Sequence record: SRR31156797_2631
DNA length: 50,996 bases
Direction: 5' to 3' (one strand)
Shown: positions 1 to 9,871 of the stretch, in pieces
Layout of the letters: each line of letters opens with the position of its first letter
How positions within the stretch are numbered: the stretch's first letter is position 1
The notes under the pieces: model-generated
Seen by the model: only the letters and a program-made list of their open reading frames with translations
Database searches by the model: none
What the model was told of the DNA's origin: nothing
Program-made: the position numbers and the translations under genes

Positions 1-168
1 AAAGGGCAGGATCTTTTGTTAAGCGGATTCGGGAAATTTAATATCAAGGACAAAAAGTCAAGACGAGGCAGAAATCCACAGACAGGGAATGAACTTATAC
101 TTGACGCGCGGCGTGTAGTTACTTTTAAACCTTCTGGCATTTTGCGTACCCGCATAAATTCAGCGTAA
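1..168 (+). CDS. ihfA: Integration host factor subunit alpha, 5'-truncated by the window edge
   Basis: Manual frame-1 translation [55 protein letters not shown] has the IHF/HU signatures SGFGxF, GRNPxTG and RRVVTFKPS. Confidence 0.9.
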   Translation, partial: KGQDLLLSGFGKFNIKDKKSRRGRNPQTGNELILDARRVVTFKPSGILRTRINSA

Positions 169-192
169 CGGCTTCTCTATTTAAGTTGTACC

Positions 193-229
193 AAAGGGGC
201 ATCAGTATATGATGCCCCTTATTTTTTTA
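193..229 (+). terminator. Intrinsic terminator after ihfA
   Basis: AAGGGGCATCA-gtata-TGATGCCCCTT perfect 11-bp stem followed by ATTTTTTT. Confidence 0.8.
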
Positions 230-256
230 TTAATATTTTCTTTATTGGCAGGCAAC

Positions 257-1198
257 GTGAATCACTCTCATACGTTTCAGTTACTAGCACCGGACGAAAT
301 CCACCCTCTCCATGATTTTTTTCACCTGATACATGCAAATACCCCTCTTGACCAAACTTTGCTTTCAAGTGTTCAAACTTTTGGCATCATGCACCCTGTG
401 CTTGTTATGGAACTTGACGACAGCCAACAAAAATTCAACCTTTTATCGGGTTTTAAAAGATTACAGGTAGCGATAGAACTGACAATGCTTTCTGTTCCTT
501 GTATCGTTCTCTCTAAACAGACCGAACCTGTTGACCTATACCGATATATTGCGCTTCATAAACATCTGGATAATGATGTTAGCCTCATCGAAGACGCCCT
601 TCTTCTCAAGCAGGCGCAGCAACATTTAGATGATCAGGAAACACTCTCACTGCTGCAAATGCTTGGGTACAAACCTAACAAGCACCAGCTCAATGAGCTA
701 CTCTCCATGCTCAATCTGGAAAAAACGGCAATTAACAGTATCCACAAGGGCAAGATAACGCTCAAGGTAGGAAAAAAATTAATAAACCTCAGCCATGAAG
801 ATCAACTACTTTTAGCAACGCTTATCGAGAGGTACAATTTTGGTGGGTCAAAGCAGTATAATTTTGTAAAAATGGTCATTGAATTGGCCAAAAGACAAAA
901 ATGCCCTATTAAAGAAATTCTACGTGTACTGGAACAACAGGGGGTTACTGACGCAAATAACATTCCCCAGCAAGGGAGTCAGCTCCTTGAATTCCTCCAA
1001 CATCAATGTTCACCTGGACTTAATAAGGCAGAAAAAGCGTTTCAACAACGCATACGTCAATTACAACTACCCGAACATTTTCACCTTCAGCATAGTTTGT
1101 CTTTTGAAAAGGATAGCTGTGACTTATCCATCACCTTTGACAACATTAATGCTCTTGAATCAAAATTAGATGCTTTGAAGGCAATAATTCCACAATAA
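257..1198 (+). CDS. ParB/Spo0J N-terminal-domain protein
   Basis: SVQTFGIMHPVLV...LLSGFKRL...VPCIV resembles the ParB-N domain. The ATG at 209 lies inside the ihfA terminator, so the in-frame GTG at 257 is preferred. Confidence 0.65.
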   Translation: MNHSHTFQLLAPDEIHPLHDFFHLIHANTPLDQTLLSSVQTFGIMHPVLVMELDDSQQKFNLLSGFKRLQVAIELTMLSVPCIVLSKQTEPVDLYRYIALHKHLDNDVSLIEDALLLKQAQQHLDDQETLSLLQMLGYKPNKHQLNELLSMLNLEKTAINSIHKGKITLKVGKKLINLSHEDQLLLATLIERYNFGGSKQYNFVKMVIELAKRQKCPIKEILRVLEQQGVTDANNIPQQGSQLLEFLQHQCSPGLNKAEKAFQQRIRQLQLPEHFHLQHSLSFEKDSCDLSITFDNINALESKLDALKAIIPQ

Positions 1199-1199
1199 A

Positions 1200-2309
1200 C
1201 TACCAGGGATAACGCCTAATGCCATGAAATAAAATATCCGTACCGACTGCTTGTGTTGTCTGCGCAACAAAAAAGTCACAGTTGGCTTTTGTAATGGATG
1301 TGTACCCTTGAACTAATGGTGTTCCTGCATCACCGATAAAGAAAGGCGCATAAAAAAGATATACTTCGTCAACTGCATCTGCATCAAGAAAGGCCCCGTG
1401 AATACGGCTTCCTCCCTCCACCAAAACTGAAGTTATCCCGGAATTGCCTAAATGTAATAATACCTGCTCAAGGTCCACCTTTTGATCCTGCAGATCTCCT
1501 ATTCTATGCACCTTGGCGCCCTCTTTTTCAAGGATATGCTGTTTTTTTTCATCAGCGCACTCACAGCAATAAATCCAGGTCTCAGCCTCTGATTGTTGAT
1601 GCAACATTTTCGAATCCGGAGACAATCGCAGTGTGGAGTCAAGGACAACTCTTAAGGGATCTAAACCTTTGTCGTCACTTATCCTCGTCGTAAGGCTGGG
1701 ATTGTCAATTGAAGCAGTATCAACCCCGACAAGAATGGCGTCAAACCGATCGCGCAAGCCGTGTACCATTTCAAATGCCTTAGTTCCGGTGATTGATCCA
1801 CCACTCCCCACCTGATACGATATTCGACCATCAAGACTGGCCCCGGCTTTCATGGCTACCCATGGAAGGCCGGTGGAAATATGCTTTAAAAAAGGCAGGT
1901 TTAGTAAGCTACATTCACCTTCAAGGATGCCACAATTGACTTCCAGGCCGTTTTCAACCAAACGATTAATCCCGTTACCAGCAACATGGGGGTTTGGATC
2001 ATGCATCCCAATAACAACACGGGTAACCCCGCTAGCAATAATCGCTTCAGTACAGGGGGGCGTTCTGCCTGTATGATTGCATGGCTCAAGCGTCACATAC
2101 ATCGTCGCCCCATTAGTACTTCTTCTGGTATCAGCGAGGGCATTAATTTCAGCATGAGCCGTCCCGGCCTTCTGATGATATCCCTTTCCGATAACGTTTC
2201 CATCCCGCACAATAACGGCACCCACAACAGGATTTGGTGAAGTTCGGCCTATGCCTTTTTCAGCCTCTTGGATGGCCAGCTTCATAAAGTGGAAATCTTG
2301 ATTATCCAT
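1200..2309 (-). CDS. ribD: Riboflavin biosynthesis deaminase/reductase RibD
   Basis: PNPVVGAV, HAE, TLEPCNHTGRTPPC and VEGG motifs. Start placed at MDNQDFHFM (2309); the ORF track extends to 2357. Confidence 0.95.
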   Translation of the reverse strand: MDNQDFHFMKLAIQEAEKGIGRTSPNPVVGAVIVRDGNVIGKGYHQKAGTAHAEINALADTRRSTNGATMYVTLEPCNHTGRTPPCTEAIIASGVTRVVIGMHDPNPHVAGNGINRLVENGLEVNCGILEGECSLLNLPFLKHISTGLPWVAMKAGASLDGRISYQVGSGGSITGTKAFEMVHGLRDRFDAILVGVDTASIDNPSLTTRISDDKGLDPLRVVLDSTLRLSPDSKMLHQQSEAETWIYCCECADEKKQHILEKEGAKVHRIGDLQDQKVDLEQVLLHLGNSGITSVLVEGGSRIHGAFLDADAVDEVYLFYAPFFIGDAGTPLVQGYTSITKANCDFFVAQTTQAVGTDILFHGIRRYPW

Positions 2310-2340
2310 TATCGTCCATTTATAGTGTACCAATGTAGGT

Positions 2341-2805
2341 TTATTTATCGTTGGCATTGCCGAGGAAAATCTTCAATTCATCCATGAATTCGTTGACGTC
2401 TTTGAATTGACGATAAACGGAGGCAAAGCGGACATAGGCCACCTCATCTAAAGAAGGAAGTGCTTCCATAACCCATTCCCCTACTTGGCTGGTAGAAATC
2501 TCTTTCCCTCCTGCATCTTGAAGCCGCAGTTCGATAGCATCCACAAAAGCATCAATATCAGTCATACTCACAGGGAGTTTTTCGCATGCTTTTTCGAGCC
2601 CAGAAATAATTTTACCTCTATTCCAGGGCTCTCGCCTGCCATCTTTCTTCACCAACATTGGCAACATTAATTCAATGCGCTCATATGTGGTAAACCGTTG
2701 CTGACACGAGGAACAGGCGCGTCTCCTGCGTATAATAGTTTTATCTTTGTTAACCCGAGAGTCAATCACCCTATTTTCAAGGTGATTGCAGTAAGGACAT
2801 TTCAT
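2341..2805 (-). CDS. nrdR: Transcriptional repressor NrdR
   Basis: MKCPYC...RRRRAC..C..RFTTYE zinc ribbon, ATP-cone, VAYVRFASVYRQF. Confidence 0.97.
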   Translation of the reverse strand: MKCPYCNHLENRVIDSRVNKDKTIIRRRRACSSCQQRFTTYERIELMLPMLVKKDGRREPWNRGKIISGLEKACEKLPVSMTDIDAFVDAIELRLQDAGGKEISTSQVGEWVMEALPSLDEVAYVRFASVYRQFKDVNEFMDELKIFLGNANDK

Positions 2806-2834
2806 GGCACCCTCAAAAGAAATACAAGTAAAGG

Positions 2835-2871
2835 AAAAAAAAACCGGCAGCTTATTACAAGCATACCGGTT
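2835..2871 (-). terminator. Probable terminator after rpiB (end of fab operon)
   Basis: AACCGG..GCTT/AAGC..CCGGTT stem preceded on + by an A9 run, i.e. a U-tract on the minus strand. Confidence 0.55.
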
Positions 2872-2913
2872 AAAAAGTCTCTTTCGACTAACTATAAACG
2901 TAAAAAAAGATTA

Positions 2914-3339
2914 TTATTCAAGCATGTCTAAACGCCGCTGGTGGCGTCCACCGCTAAACTCGGTATTAAGCCAGGTTTCTACAATATCGATTGCTAATGA
3001 TACCCCGGTCAGTCTACCGCCAAGACACAAAACATTTGCATCGTTGTGTTCTCGGCTCATGCGTGCTGAAAAAGGCTCCATACAGAGTGCAGCACGAATT
3101 CCAGGTTTTCGGTTAGCCGCAATGGACATACCAATGCCAGTACCGCAGATAAGAATTCCTTTTTCTGCATCTTCCCTGCCGATAGCACCACAAACCTCAG
3201 CAGCAAAATCTGGATAATCTACAGAATCTGTGGAATAACAGCCGGCATCGACAACTTGGTGCCCATTGTGCAAAACAAACGTCATTATTTCCTGCTTGAG
3301 TTCAAACCCACCGTGGTCACATCCAATAATAATATTCAC
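2914..3339 (-). CDS. rpiB: Ribose-5-phosphate isomerase B
   Basis: DHGG, SVDYPDF, ICGTGIGMSIAAN, HNDANVL, GGRH motifs. Confidence 0.96.
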   Translation of the reverse strand: MNIIIGCDHGGFELKQEIMTFVLHNGHQVVDAGCYSTDSVDYPDFAAEVCGAIGREDAEKGILICGTGIGMSIAANRKPGIRAALCMEPFSARMSREHNDANVLCLGGRLTGVSLAIDIVETWLNTEFSGGRHQRRLDMLE

Positions 3340-3355
3340 ATCCGTCTCCGAGATT

Positions 3356-4597
3356 TTATGATGAGAATTTTTTCATAACAACCACACCATTAGTTCCACC
3401 AAACCCAAAAGAATTAGAGATAGCAACAATAGGGTTGCTTTCCCTAGCACTTAGTGGAACATAATCAAGATCACACTCTGGAGAGGGAGTATGTAAATTG
3501 ATCGTTGGTGGAATAATACCGGTATGAAGCGTAAGTGCTGTAAAGGCGGATTCAATACCGCCAGCAGCTCCTAACATGTGGCCAGTCATCGACTTTGTTG
3601 AACTAATAGCCAGCTTGTATGCATGTTCTTTAAAAACAGTCTTAATAGCCTGTGTTTCGCATTTATCATTGAGTGGAGTGGATGTTCCGTGGGCATTGAT
3701 ATAATCAACGTCCTCAGGGTTTAATTTGGCATCTCGCAAAGCAGCTGCCATACAACGAGCACCGCCTTCTCCATCTTCAGGAGGGGCAGCAATATGATAA
3801 GCGTCACTTGTCTGCCCGTATCCTATAACTTCAGCGTAGATTGTAGCACCACGTTTTTGAGCTGATTCCAACTCTTCCAGAACCAGCATTCCTGCCCCTT
3901 CGGAAATAATGAATCCATCTCTATCCTTGTCAAAAGGTCTTGAAGCTGAACTTGGATCATCATTGCGAGTAGAAAGGGCCTTCATAGCACTAAACCCACC
4001 AACGGCAAGTGGACAAATAACGGATTCGGTACCGCCTGTTACAGCAACGTCACAATCTCCGTAAACAATATGGCGATAAGCTTCACCAACAGCATGAGTG
4101 CCAGCGGCACAAGCCGTTGTCTGGGTGAGGTTAGGCCCTTTCGAACCAAGACGCATGGAAATGTGACCAGACGGCATATTTGGTATTACACGCGGAATGA
4201 AAAACGGCGTAATTTTTCGAGGTCCCCGGTTCACCATTATTTGGTGATACTCTTCAATTGTTGGCAGACCACCCATGCCACAGCCGGTAATAACCCCAAC
4301 ACGCTCTCGATTGTTATCACTTATGGAAAGGCCGCTGTTTTGCCAGGCCAATTCAGCAGCAGCAATTGCATATTGTACAAATAAATCCAAATTTTTGGAT
4401 TGTTTTTTCTCGAACCAGTCTTCCGCCTTAAAATCATTAACTTCCGCTGCAATTTGCGAAGCATGACCTGTGGCATCAAAACGAGTAATAGGACCTATAC
4501 CGCCACGGCCATTGACCAGACATTCCCATGTCTTGTCTGTTCCTGTACCAAGGGGAGTGACTAATCCGATACCTGTAACAACGACCCTTCTTTTCAC
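3356..4597 (-). CDS. fabF: 3-oxoacyl-ACP synthase II
   Basis: RRVVVTGIG, TACAAG (Cys), NAHGTST, GHMLGAAG, SNSFGFGGTN. Confidence 0.97.
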   Translation of the reverse strand: MKRRVVVTGIGLVTPLGTGTDKTWECLVNGRGGIGPITRFDATGHASQIAAEVNDFKAEDWFEKKQSKNLDLFVQYAIAAAELAWQNSGLSISDNNRERVGVITGCGMGGLPTIEEYHQIMVNRGPRKITPFFIPRVIPNMPSGHISMRLGSKGPNLTQTTACAAGTHAVGEAYRHIVYGDCDVAVTGGTESVICPLAVGGFSAMKALSTRNDDPSSASRPFDKDRDGFIISEGAGMLVLEELESAQKRGATIYAEVIGYGQTSDAYHIAAPPEDGEGGARCMAAALRDAKLNPEDVDYINAHGTSTPLNDKCETQAIKTVFKEHAYKLAISSTKSMTGHMLGAAGGIESAFTALTLHTGIIPPTINLHTPSPECDLDYVPLSARESNPIVAISNSFGFGGTNGVVVMKKFSS

Positions 4598-4614
4598 GAA
4601 ATTACCCTTACTTA

Positions 4615-4845
4615 CTATTGAATTTTGGCAACAAAATCGATAGCATTTTGCACTGTTGCTATTTTTTCTGCTTCTTCATCTGGAATTTCAACATCAAATT
4701 CTTCTTCCATAGCCATGATAAGCTCAACCAGATCAAGTGAATCTGCACCAAGATCATCCACGAAAGAGGCTCCAGGAACAACCTTTTCTTTATCTACACT
4801 CAACTGCTCAACGATAATGTCAATCATTTTTGCTTCTACTGCCAT
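4615..4845 (-). CDS. acpP: Acyl carrier protein
   Basis: [15 protein letters not shown] phosphopantetheine site. Confidence 0.98.
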   Translation of the reverse strand: MAVEAKMIDIIVEQLSVDKEKVVPGASFVDDLGADSLDLVELIMAMEEEFDVEIPDEEAEKIATVQNAIDFVAKIQ

Positions 4846-4889
4846 TGTATTCTCCTAAAAATAAATTTGATTTCTAAATGTAAAACAGA

Positions 4890-4929
4890 TAGCAACTCTT
4901 TCAGCGGTGTCAATGCTGAATAGTTGCTA
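4890..4929. repeat. Imperfect stem-loop between fabG and acpP
   Basis: TAGCAACT..TTCAGC / GCTGAA.AGTTGCTA inverted repeat; its arms resemble the GTAACTGTTCAGC end of the palindrome at 50889. Confidence 0.5.
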
Positions 4930-5676
4930 ATTCCCCATATACATGCCACCGTTAACATGAAGGGTTTGACCGGTGAGATAATCACCACCATGAGAAACGA
5001 AAAAAGCAACAGACGCGGCCACATCTTCAGGGGAACCAAGGCGGCCCAAAGGGATTTGCGTTTGAATTGCTTCCTGCACTTCCTGGTCAAGTCCTTCAGT
5101 CATATCGGTAACTATGTATCCGGGTGCCACGCAATTTACAGTAATATTGCGTCCGGCAAGTTCCCTGGCCATGGATTTGGTAAAACCAACAAGACCAGCC
5201 TTAGCTGCACCGTAGTTCACCTGTCCACCATTTCCAAGAAAACCAATAACTGAACTAATATTAACAATTCGTCCCCATTTTTTTTTCATCATAGGACGCA
5301 TTGCAGCTTTACTACAATTAAAGGCACCTTTAAGGTTAGTATCCAGCACATCATCCCAATGAGATTCTTTCATTCGTGCCATCAATCCGTCTCTTGTAAT
5401 GCCAGCATTATTAACCAAAATATCAATACTTCCATACTGATCAATAATAGCTTTTAAATTTTTCTGAACAGCTTCAGCATCGGCAACATTAAACTGACAG
5501 GTAAACCCTTGTCCGCCTTCAGTTGTTATCTGGTCTAAAGTGTCCTCAGCAGCAGTCGGGTTCGAAACATAATTAATGCCGACCATGGCACCCAACGATG
5601 CAAGCTTGATGCACACCGCCCTGCCGATTCCCCTGCTACCTCCAGTAATAAGTGCAACTTTCCCTTCAAGACTCAC
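4927..5676 (-). CDS. fabG: 3-oxoacyl-ACP reductase
   Basis: TGGSRGIG, NNAGITRD, YGAAK. GTG start with GGAGG RBS, overlapping the etfA stop by 11 bp. Confidence 0.96.
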   Translation of the reverse strand: MSLEGKVALITGGSRGIGRAVCIKLASLGAMVGINYVSNPTAAEDTLDQITTEGGQGFTCQFNVADAEAVQKNLKAIIDQYGSIDILVNNAGITRDGLMARMKESHWDDVLDTNLKGAFNCSKAAMRPMMKKKWGRIVNISSVIGFLGNGGQVNYGAAKAGLVGFTKSMARELAGRNITVNCVAPGYIVTDMTEGLDQEVQEAIQTQIPLGRLGSPEDVAASVAFFVSHGGDYLTGQTLHVNGGMYMGN

Positions 5677-6862
5677 TTTTTACCTCCTGAATTCGTTTAA
5701 TAAGAGCAGGGATGACATCGTAAAGATCACCAACAATACCGTAAGTAGCAAAGTCAAAAATAGGTGCATTTGCATCTCGGTTAATGGCGACAACAATATC
5801 AGCAGACTGCATACCAACTGCGTGCTGTATAGCCCCTGATATGCCACAAGCGATATACAACTTGGGATTAACCGTTTTCCCGGTCTGGCCAACTTGGTGT
5901 GGATATGGAATCCAACCTGAATCAACGGCAGCCCGGCTTGCAGCAACCGCAGCGTTAAGTTCGTCGGCTAATTCTCTAATAAGCTCAAACCCTTTTGCAG
6001 AATCAAGCCCCCTTCCACCTGCAACCAATGTCTCAACCTCTTGGATGTTTACCTGATCTTGGTCGCTTAATACCGTATCTAGAATTTCTATCTTGGATTC
6101 TATAGCATTAGGTTGCACAACGATTGATTCCACTGAACCAATACGACTACTGTCGGGTTCAAGGGCAGCCATTACCTTAGGCCTCACTGTCGCCATCTGC
6201 GGCCTCGTATCAGGACACACAATGGTTGCCATTATATTGCCGCCAAAAGCAGGCCGGGTTTGCAGTAGCATCCCGTCACTTTCGCGAATTTCCAAACGAG
6301 TACAGTCTGCAGTCAAACCAGCATCAATTAAAGTTGCAACAAAAGGTATGACGGAACGGCCTATAGCAGTAGCTCCGGCAAGAACAATCTCTGGTTTCTT
6401 GGCGCGAATAATACCCTCAAGCACATGTCCGTAAACATCTTCACGAAATTGTTCAAGGCCATCATGTTCTGCAAGGTAGACATTGTCCGCACCTGCTGCG
6501 ATAAGGGAATCGCTCTGATCAGCAATATCTTTGCCAAGAAGAACAACACTTAGGGCAACTCCTCTGGTGTCAGCGAGTTTTCTCCCTACTCCTAGAAGTT
6601 CATAAGTTACAGGAGCAATGGATCCGTGCCGGCATTCACCAAAAACCATAATTCCAGACCAATCTGAAAAATCATCCTGTACTTTTTTGTCTGCAACTTC
6701 TATGGACAATGCTTCAACTTCACAATTTTCAACGCATGCCCCACAAAGGGTGCAATTATCGTTTACTACAACACAGTCTTCGTCTACATGTATAGCATCG
6801 AAAGGGCAGGAGGATTCGCAAATTCCGCAAACAATACATTTGTCACAGTCTATCTTAAGCAT
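5666..6862 (-). CDS. etfA: Electron transfer flavoprotein alpha subunit with N-terminal 2x[4Fe-4S] ferredoxin domain
   Basis: CIVCGICESSCP and CTLCGACVENC at the N-terminus; GLTADCT, RPAFGGN, QVGQTGK, GISGAIQH. Confidence 0.93.
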   Translation of the reverse strand: MLKIDCDKCIVCGICESSCPFDAIHVDEDCVVVNDNCTLCGACVENCEVEALSIEVADKKVQDDFSDWSGIMVFGECRHGSIAPVTYELLGVGRKLADTRGVALSVVLLGKDIADQSDSLIAAGADNVYLAEHDGLEQFREDVYGHVLEGIIRAKKPEIVLAGATAIGRSVIPFVATLIDAGLTADCTRLEIRESDGMLLQTRPAFGGNIMATIVCPDTRPQMATVRPKVMAALEPDSSRIGSVESIVVQPNAIESKIEILDTVLSDQDQVNIQEVETLVAGGRGLDSAKGFELIRELADELNAAVAASRAAVDSGWIPYPHQVGQTGKTVNPKLYIACGISGAIQHAVGMQSADIVVAINRDANAPIFDFATYGIVGDLYDVIPALIKRIQEVKSES

Positions 6863-6911
6863 GTTCTCGTATCGTTAAATATATAAAACAGAGGTGTGGT
6901 TACATCTTTTT

Positions 6912-7691
6912 TTAAAGATGGGTTTTCAGTTCTTGTACCAACTGATCGACTTGCTCTTCTACTGTACCTGAAAAAAGTGTTCGATCACCTCGGGCCTCAG
7001 GTGAAAAAACACGAACTACCTGAGTAGGTGAACCAGCGAGTCCAAGATTTTGAGGTTCTGCCTTGATATCATCAGCTGAGAGGGTTAGGACTTTAACTTT
7101 TTTAGCCTTCATTTTCCCTTTCAAAGACGCCACACGAGGCTCATTAATATCTTTCACGACAGTCAATAAAGCTGGAAATGGAACCTTAACAACATCAAAT
7201 CCATCATCCATCATCCGCTCGACCGTTATCGAATCCGAAGTCGATTGTCTCGTTTTTTGAACACAAGTAACAAAAGGGACGCCAAGCCTACAGGCGATAC
7301 CAGGACCAACCTGGGCAGTATCACCGTCAATTGCCTGTTTACCGCATAAGGTCAAATCGATACTATCTAAAGTTTCAATTGCTTTCGCCAGGGTATAAGA
7401 AGTAGCCCAGGTATCAGCACCGGCAAACGCACGGTCAGATACAAGCAGAGCTTGGTCAGCACCGCAGGCAATAGCTTCACGTAACACCTCTTCTGCCTGT
7501 GGTGGTCCCATCGTTATGACGGTCACTGCACCACCGTGCTCTTCCTTAAGGGTAACTGCCTCTTCAAGTGCATGTCGATCATATGGATTCATGATCGACT
7601 CGACGCCTTCCCTTGCCAAAGTATTGGTTTCAGGATCAAGTCGTACATCTTTGGCATCCGGTACCTGTTTAATACACACTACTATATTCAT
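6912..7691 (-). CDS. etfB: Electron transfer flavoprotein beta subunit
   Basis: VCIKQVPD, MNPYD, MGPPQA, GADTWAT, GKQAIDGDTAQVGP, INEPR. Confidence 0.95.
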   Translation of the reverse strand: MNIVVCIKQVPDAKDVRLDPETNTLAREGVESIMNPYDRHALEEAVTLKEEHGGAVTVITMGPPQAEEVLREAIACGADQALLVSDRAFAGADTWATSYTLAKAIETLDSIDLTLCGKQAIDGDTAQVGPGIACRLGVPFVTCVQKTRQSTSDSITVERMMDDGFDVVKVPFPALLTVVKDINEPRVASLKGKMKAKKVKVLTLSADDIKAEPQNLGLAGSPTQVVRVFSPEARGDRTLFSGTVEEQVDQLVQELKTHL

Positions 7692-7702
7692 GGGCTCAAA
7701 TA

Positions 7703-8851
7703 TTATGAATATTCTTTATTAAGTTCCTGACCTATCACATTCCGCTGAATCTGGTTTGTGCCTTCATAAATCTGGAGAATTTTGGCATCACGCATCATTT
7801 TTTCTACGGGATACTCTTTCATATAGCCATAGCCACCAAGTACCTGAACGGCATCGGTTGTAACCTTCATCGCCATATCGGTAGCAAAAACCTTGCACAT
7901 CGATGACGCTTTGGACATATTTTTGGGATTACTGGCTATATGCCGTGCTGCCGAATATACAAGTGCTCTGGCAGCTTCCAGTTGGATAGCCATGTCAGCA
8001 AGGATATGCTGAACCGCCTGAAAAGAAACGATGGGTTTACCGAACTGAACACGCTGTTTGGCATAAGTTACCGCCTCATCAAGAGCACCCTGCGCTAGCC
8101 CGACACCAAGAGCGGCGATACCTGGGCGAGAAATATCCAGTGTTTTCATAACCGTTATGAATCCAGTTCCCTTTCTTCCAACCAACCGGTCCTTAGGAAT
8201 TCGACAATCCTTTAAAATTAGTTCTCTGGTGGAAGAAGAACGGATACCCATTTTATCTTCCTTTTTGCCATAAGAGAACCCAGGATCGCCATCTTCAACA
8301 ACGAAAATAGATGCACCACGGGCACCTTTTTGCGGATCAGTTAAGGCTATTATGGTATAAATCTGGGCCTCGCCACCATTAGTTATCCATTGCTTGGTAC
8401 CATTGAGAACCCACTCATCACCATCGAGTATAGCGGTTGTCTGGATACCTGAAGCATCACTTCCTGCGTTTGACTCAGTTAACCCAAAAGCAGCATATTT
8501 TTCACCAGTTGCAATGGATGGCAAGTATTTCTGTTTGAGTTCGTCACTTCCCGCAATAAGAACAGGGTAGATACCAAGGGCACTTGCTGCAAAGCTGGTT
8601 GCTATGCCAACACACCCCCTTGAGAGTTCTTCCAGTGCAAGAGATATGTCAAAACAGCCGCCGCCGAAACCACCATATTCTTCAGGAATAAAAATGCTGA
8701 AAAGATCAGCTTTGGCAATATCCTTTAAAATTTCCCGAGGAAATTCATTTTTTTCATCAAGTTCGGCTCGAACAGGGATGATCTTCTCGTTGGTAATTTC
8801 CCGGGCGGTATCAACGATCATCTGTTGTTCTTCAGTTAAAAAATACTCCAC
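7703..8851 (-). CDS. Acyl-CoA dehydrogenase, butyryl-CoA dehydrogenase (Bcd)-like
   Basis: FGLTESNAGSDA, LNGTKQWITNG, KMGIR, QVLGGYGY, IYEGTNQIQR (catalytic Glu). Confidence 0.93.
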   Translation of the reverse strand: MEYFLTEEQQMIVDTAREITNEKIIPVRAELDEKNEFPREILKDIAKADLFSIFIPEEYGGFGGGCFDISLALEELSRGCVGIATSFAASALGIYPVLIAGSDELKQKYLPSIATGEKYAAFGLTESNAGSDASGIQTTAILDGDEWVLNGTKQWITNGGEAQIYTIIALTDPQKGARGASIFVVEDGDPGFSYGKKEDKMGIRSSSTRELILKDCRIPKDRLVGRKGTGFITVMKTLDISRPGIAALGVGLAQGALDEAVTYAKQRVQFGKPIVSFQAVQHILADMAIQLEAARALVYSAARHIASNPKNMSKASSMCKVFATDMAMKVTTDAVQVLGGYGYMKEYPVEKMMRDAKILQIYEGTNQIQRNVIGQELNKEYS

Positions 8852-8870
8852 GAGTCTCTCCTTGGTGTTT

Positions 8871-9848
8871 TTACCAACGCATAAGTAACGATGCCCAGGT
8901 CAAACCGGCACCAAAAGTACACAGCAGAACAAGGTCATTTTCCTTGATTCCTCCCTGCCTATTGGCCTCATCCAGAGCGATCGGGATGCTGGCAGCAGAT
9001 GTATTGCCGTACTTGTCTACGTTGATAAATAATTTTTCATCGGGAATTTCCAGTCTTTTCTGCAGTTTGTTCAAAATTCTGATATTTGCCTGGTGCGGTA
9101 TGACCAGATCAACATCTTTAATGGTCAACTGCTGCTGCTCCAATAGTTCAACAACGACATCCTCCATAGCACGCACGGCATGCTTAAAGATATCACCGCC
9201 GTTCATTCGGATTAAGGCACCTTCCCAGTCACTACTCTGTAGGTCAGGATTTTGGCTTTCAGGCCCATCCATATGCAGGAGGTTCCAGAGGCGCCCGTCT
9301 GAATGCAGTTTACTTCCTAAAATACCGCGAGTGTCGCCACTGCCACCAAGTACTGCTGCTCCAGCACCATCTCCAAAAAGAACGCATGTATTTCTGTCCT
9401 TCCAGTCGACCTTAGTTGACAGAGTTTCAGACCCAATAACCAACACCTTCATCTCCGGTTGGCATTGAATATATTTACTCGCCAAATCAAGGCCATAGGT
9501 AAATCCTGTGCAGGCAGCATTAATATCATAGGCAAAGGCATTGGCTGCACCGAGTTCTGACTGAACAAAACAGGCCGTTGATGGCATAATTTTATGTGGG
9601 GACAGAGTCGCCACAATGATCATGTCCAACGCGAGTGGCGAGAGGCCAGCCATTTCCAAGGCGCGTTGCCCTGCAGTAGTGGCTAGTCTAAAATTCTCTT
9701 CGCCTTCTCCTGATATTCGTCTAGTCTTTATACCTGTCCTGCTGGTAATCCATTGATCAGAGGTGTCAACTATCTGTTCAAGTTCAGCATTAGTCAACGC
9801 TTTTTGGGGCAAGCAAGAGCCTGTCCCTACAATTACTGCTTTACTCAT
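8871..9848 (-). CDS. fabH: 3-oxoacyl-ACP synthase III
   Basis: DTSDQWITSRTGI, AACTGF (Cys), PHQAN (His), GNTSAAS (Asn). Confidence 0.96.
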   Translation of the reverse strand: MSKAVIVGTGSCLPQKALTNAELEQIVDTSDQWITSRTGIKTRRISGEGEENFRLATTAGQRALEMAGLSPLALDMIIVATLSPHKIMPSTACFVQSELGAANAFAYDINAACTGFTYGLDLASKYIQCQPEMKVLVIGSETLSTKVDWKDRNTCVLFGDGAGAAVLGGSGDTRGILGSKLHSDGRLWNLLHMDGPESQNPDLQSSDWEGALIRMNGGDIFKHAVRAMEDVVVELLEQQQLTIKDVDLVIPHQANIRILNKLQKRLEIPDEKLFINVDKYGNTSAASIPIALDEANRQGGIKENDLVLLCTFGAGLTWASLLMRW

Positions 9849-9871
9849 TCTTTTGCCTCAATCAGGTCTCG

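Noticed and set aside
209-256. Hydrophobic 'signal peptide' on the ParB-like ORF
   Set aside because: It is the translation of the ihfA terminator and T-tract; GTG at 257 is the likelier start.
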